A DNA stretch of 61,506 bases, counting the filler, from Choristocarpus tenellus KU-1152 (Eukaryota > Protista > Phaeophyceae): assembly GCA_964200185.2 (NCBI GenBank). It is 11 parts of 11 records of this genome, joined end to end, with 100 filler letters (N's around TTAATTAATTAA, not from the genome) between each part and the next. Parts side by side here need not be neighbours in the genome. Positions count along the whole stretch, not along the records: positions 54,559 to 61,506 come from CAXNAD020006993.1; 10 more parts are not named here. The stretch is one strand, 5' to 3'. The notes beneath the pieces were generated by a model that was given only the letters and a program-made list of their open reading frames with translations, was not told the origin of the DNA and did not search any database. The translations under genes and the position numbers were made by a program. Below, in pieces: positions 57,527 through 61,506 of this stretch (position 1 is the first letter of the stretch; every line of letters begins with the position of its first letter).

Positions 57527-59259
57527 CTACCTCCGTGCCTTAAGTCTGTGCAGCGTTGTTTATAAATCTTGGAGATGCTGATGAAATTCATTTCTGAAAG
57601 AAGATTTTGAATCCTTCACGAATTTCTGGTTAGGTTCAGCTCTTTTTAATAGTTTTACTCCCCATCACAATTTTATCAGCCTCAGAAAAAGACTCCATGT
57701 GTTCCTTCGGCATGTTTTCAAGCTCACCAGACAATTGCCTCTTCCTTACCCCTGTGTGCTCCACACTGAAGTCATTCCCCCCTTAGTATCTAAGTATTTG
57801 ATTGTACATCACAAAAAGGAGCTGCCAAGCCCTCTCAAGTGTGGTTTCATCATACTCCTCACACTGTTTCTTAATGACCTTCACCATCTCCTCGACGGAC
57901 CCAAACTGCTCCCCCATCACCCAGCATTTCAAAGGCCTGAAGAAGCACAGGTCCATGATATTGAGGTTGGGGGAGTTAGATGGCTGTGCCACAAGCCTAA
58001 TCGACCACCCCTCAGTCTTCCCTACCCCTGACAAGATTTCTGAGTTGCCCTTGCGCAAGTGGGGGGTGGCACTGTCTTACTGAACGACAGCGTGCTTCCC
58101 CTGTAAACAAGGCATCTTGGCCTTGATTGCAGGCAGTAACTCCTCCGTGTGCCACTTCCTGCACCACAAATGGTCTAAAGTACAGTCTTGCTCATACACA
58201 TCCCCCTTTTTATGGTTCTTGCTTGTTCTATCTGCCGTTAATGGCGCACACACACATGCCAAACATCAAGCTTTCCATCAAAGCTGTGAGCTGAATCTGG
58301 GCGGGTGTTGGCTGCAATGATCATAGTTTTGGGGATATGACTCTTGTGCTGCACAGTAGGGGACCCCGGAAGGTCGATATCATCCTCATGCAGAAATAAC
58401 CTAACCCTTTCCCCATAAGCCGTCACTTAAAACCAGGTTTCAGCCACATGGTTCGTGTTCCCGTGGAGGTGTACATACCACATTTCCGGTTCATTTGATC
58501 GCAAACAAAGTCCATTCTCCATACCGTTTGCCACGATTTAAGCTTGGGTTTGATCCAGCGGCGATTTGGCATGGTCACCATATCATCCAACCACATGTTT
58601 ATAGTGCTCGTGCTATAGTTCAGCCCTTTGANNNNNNNNNNCCCTTTGACCGCCATCTTCATAGTACCCTGACGCACTGTGGATGACCGATTATCGGAGT
58701 TGATACTATGTATTGCGACCATCTTGGTCAGTATGAGCTCCGAAGGCCACCCACTACGTACCGCCACCCCTAGGTCAAGCGTGTGGCCACGGGCGAGCTG
58801 ATCATCGACATCCTCCCAGAGCCCTCACATGTAATGCTCGGACACTCCAAACTCCGCTGTGAGGGCCGGCCCAACATGTTGCGGCAGCTTATGCTCACCA
58901 GGGACCATCGCAAGGGCATGCCGCACTGCAAGCACAACCCTGGTATTTAGGAACACTTGGGCACCCTTCCTGGGCGAGGGGGTCGATGAGGGGGTTGCCA
59001 TGCCGACATTCTGACCCTTGACATGCCCAGTTCTGACCCTTGACATGCCCAGTTCTGACCTCCAAATCACCCCAAAAGACCCCTACTTTGACGACTTGAA
59101 GCACCTCGAGTTTGTACCTGATGATCCTTGACCCCCACCTTTTCTGAAATCTGAGATTGCCAACCCGATTTGATTCTGTGGGGTTATTGCCCGATTCGGC
59201 GCCGTTCTCGCTCGGCGAGCCCAGATATTTTGCTGCAGAAACTTATGGCACAGAGGTAG
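57527..59259 (-). mobile_element. Inner mariner element (DD40D) inserted at a TA inside the outer element; transposase pseudogene about 57700-59001
   Basis: TA|CTACCTCCGTGCCTTAAGTCTGTGCAGC versus the reverse complement CTACCTCTGTGCCATAAGTTTCTGCAGC|TA (24/28). Motifs IKPKL, FDGKLDVW, VVQ*DSATPH...QPSNSPNLNIMDLCFF. Confidence 0.9.
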
Positions 59260-60730
59260 TACATTGTCATTAAGCTCTGTTCAAAATTTAGTAGACAGCG
59301 AATCAATATATCCCAAGCTCTATGGTCTTCCTCTCAGCCTGCAGGAAAGCCAATCCCTTGGCCACCAAAGACGCATCTACATGTACTACTATCTGCCTAC
59401 CCCCCTGCATTCTGCGCACTCCCTTTATGTTGTTATCGCCTAAGTGATTCAACACAGCCTTGTACTGTGCGAAGAGACTCTGCCAGACCTTGTTATTGGT
59501 CTCAGTATTATACTCTTCGTATCTCTTCACCACATTTTGTACCAGTTCCTCAATGTTGTCCGAGCAAAGGCACCCTGCACTGGTCTGCAGAGAGCGGAAG
59601 AATACGAGGTCCAGAGTGTTCAAATCGGGCGACTCGGCATGTTGCTTGAGCACACATATTGAGAAGCCTCTAGCAGTGACCCAATCATCCACTGCTTTCT
59701 CGGCAGATGCTGTATGTGGCCTTACATTGTTGTCCTGAAGGAAAACATTGTCCTGCTTTAACAGGCATGGGTGAGACACAAAAGCTGGGAAGACCTTCTC
59801 TGTGGGATTTTCTCATAAAGCTCATCAGTCATGTTGACCGTCTTTGTCTCAACAGTACCTCCGGGGTGATTACAGGATGGTCGTCTTGCTGCAAATCGCT
59901 CTGTGAGTGACCAAATGCCGATCTTCCCGTCCCACCAAGTTCCATCCTCCAAAACACGGAGGCGTGAGTTTGCACTCAGAAACACCACTTTGGAATGTGT
60001 GACTTGCTTGTGACACGAGGACACATAGGTGGTGCCTCCCCAGACTCGATGTAAACCCTTTGCTGTTCAGAAACCAGGTCAAACCATTTTTCATTGAGGT
60101 GGACACGGGCAAACATGAGCTCAAAAACCATTTTTCATCAAGGTGGACACGGTCAAAAGTTAGCTCAAAAAAACACATGCCCCGTACTCTTTTTCAGTAC
60201 GCTGCTCATCGCAGAGCCCACACTATCCACCTTGCCTTGGTCGGAGATGAAGGGCTTGATGACTCTTCGATATGGTTTGACCCCTGTCTCCTCGATATAC
60301 CTCCTTATCTTCTTCCTTAGAGTGACTTTGGCCTTCACAGCTCATCTCCTCTGACTGATCCGTTCCAACACATGGACCACTTTAGTCGCATCAATATCAT
60401 CTTGCGGATTGGTTCTTGGTTGTCCATTGTGACCAGAGGCTAAACCCATGTCCTCTCCATTATCGCAGCTCCGTGATGCCACCCTCACCAATCGAGCTAA
60501 CGTTGTTGCGGTCATTCCGTACCTTTGTGCAATTTGCGATCGGGCGCCTCATTGGACCCTGCCACAGGTCTTGCGCAGCCGAAAGTACTCTCCAACGGCA
60601 GCTTGCCGCTTGTACATGGGGATGTCTTTTGCCTTTCCCATCATGCAAAGCATGGCGTTGATTGGTTCAGTTGATCTCGAGAATTTGATATTCTGGTGTG
60701 TTGCAATCACCCTTCCCATTAGGAAGACAC

Positions 60731-60982
60731 GAGTGAAAGTATCTTAGAGGATACGAGTTTTGCCCTGTTTGTCTGTTTGGGTCTTGGCTTCTCAGGGTTA
60801 TTTCTGACGTTTTACCTACTCCAAAATGTTTTATGTAAAATGTTTATGTTATGAAAACGTGTGTGCGGCACAAGGATATTGACACTTCCTAACAAAAACG
60901 ATAGCTAAAATAACACCCAAATCGCAACATTGGATGTTGGTCCCCAAACGGACGCGACTCTGCCCTCTAAATACTTTGACTC
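60731..60982 (-). mobile_element. MITE family A copy nested in the outer mariner
   Basis: GAGTGAAAGTATCTTAGAGGATA...TGCCCTCTAAATACTTTGACTC. Confidence 0.9.
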
Positions 60983-61236
60983 CAACCAAACGTAAATGCA
61001 TGATTTCACAGTTCAGGCCCAATTTTCACACCCAGCAACAAGGTGCTCTACCTTCACCGGCACCGTCCTTGAGAACGGCAAACCCTCAGATGTTGCTTAG
61101 GGGCTTGTTTGAAAGCTATAACTTGTCCATTAACATGTGTATCACCGAACAATAATTTAGGACACGCAAGCTGGAAACCGTACACCCCAAAACATACGTG
61201 TTTAATCAACCCCAAAAGAGGGAGTATCTATATATA

Positions 61237-61506
61237 CTCCCTCTGTCCCATAAGCCTGGGCCGTTAATTTGTAGCTCTTTGGGATGACCTCCAATTACAA
61301 AACCAATCTTTGCGTTGGATTTCTTGGATATTTTACATTAAAAAACAATATCTTGCCTTTTTTCAACACCGTCAACCCACCAATCCAGGGCCGCTGTGGA
61401 GGCCACTCGGTCTACTTCGACTGATCTAGTCAACCTACTGCCCACTGAGCCAAAGTACCTTAGAGGGTAGAGCCGCGTCCATTTGGGAGTCAAAATACAA
61501 TGTTGC
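61237..61506. mobile_element. End of another mariner copy (55131-type), interrupted at 61447 by a MITE-A that runs off the window
   Basis: TATATA|CTCCCTCTGTCCCATAAG, homologous to 55131-55330. GAGCCAAAGTACCTTAGAGGGTAGAGCCGCG begins at 61447. Confidence 0.8.

Larger units (their letters stand above)
57418..61224 (-). mobile_element. Outer mariner element with Stowaway-type TIRs and TA TSD; transposase pseudogene about 59303-60650
   Basis: TA|CTCCCTCTGTTTGGGTTGAATAAACACCTATG versus the reverse complement of the right end CTCCCTCTTTTGGGGTTGATTAAACACGTATG|TA (28/32). Motifs RVHLDEKWF, WDGKIGIW, QDNNVRPH...SPDLNTLDLVFFRSLQ. Confidence 0.9.

Noticed and set aside
55131-61506. Fanzor/TnpB or other passenger gene in the mariner elements
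   Set aside because: No RuvC or zinc-ribbon motifs seen; the space is accounted for by transposases, MITEs and the SINE-like repeat.

Overview
Eukaryotic draft-genome window made of 11 short contigs joined by artificial 100-bp linkers (N44-TTAATTAATTAA-N44), so adjacency across linkers is not evidence of linkage. Long GT-AG introns, a bipartite plastid-targeting leader and scattered TTAGGG motifs point to a photosynthetic stramenopile, probably of the brown-algal lineage (inference). The ORF track is mostly noise, so genes were rebuilt exon by exon. Recognisable genes: a Spinster-like MFS transporter (5' part) head-to-head with RNA polymerase III subunit RPC3 (5' part), a complete IAH1-like SGNH esterase, the 3' end of DHX15/PRP43 and five internal exons of PRP8. 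Two unknown genes are a plastid-targeted membrane protein and a single-pass membrane protein with acidic repeats and a possible bulb-lectin-like C-terminus. The rest is largely mobile DNA: nested Stowaway-type mariner (DD39/40D) elements, a Copia LTR flanked by both a PPT and a PBS, a CRE-like RLE retroposon 3' end, a Tourist-like MITE, an abundant unclassified GAG..CTC MITE family and a SINE-like repeat of about 0.7-0.8 kb. I found no convincing new multi-gene system: no Fanzor/TnpB, CRISPR or viral hallmark genes. The best leads are the orphan repeat/lectin-like membrane protein, the MITE family with variable TSD length, the shared-LTR Copia junction and the nested mariner cluster.
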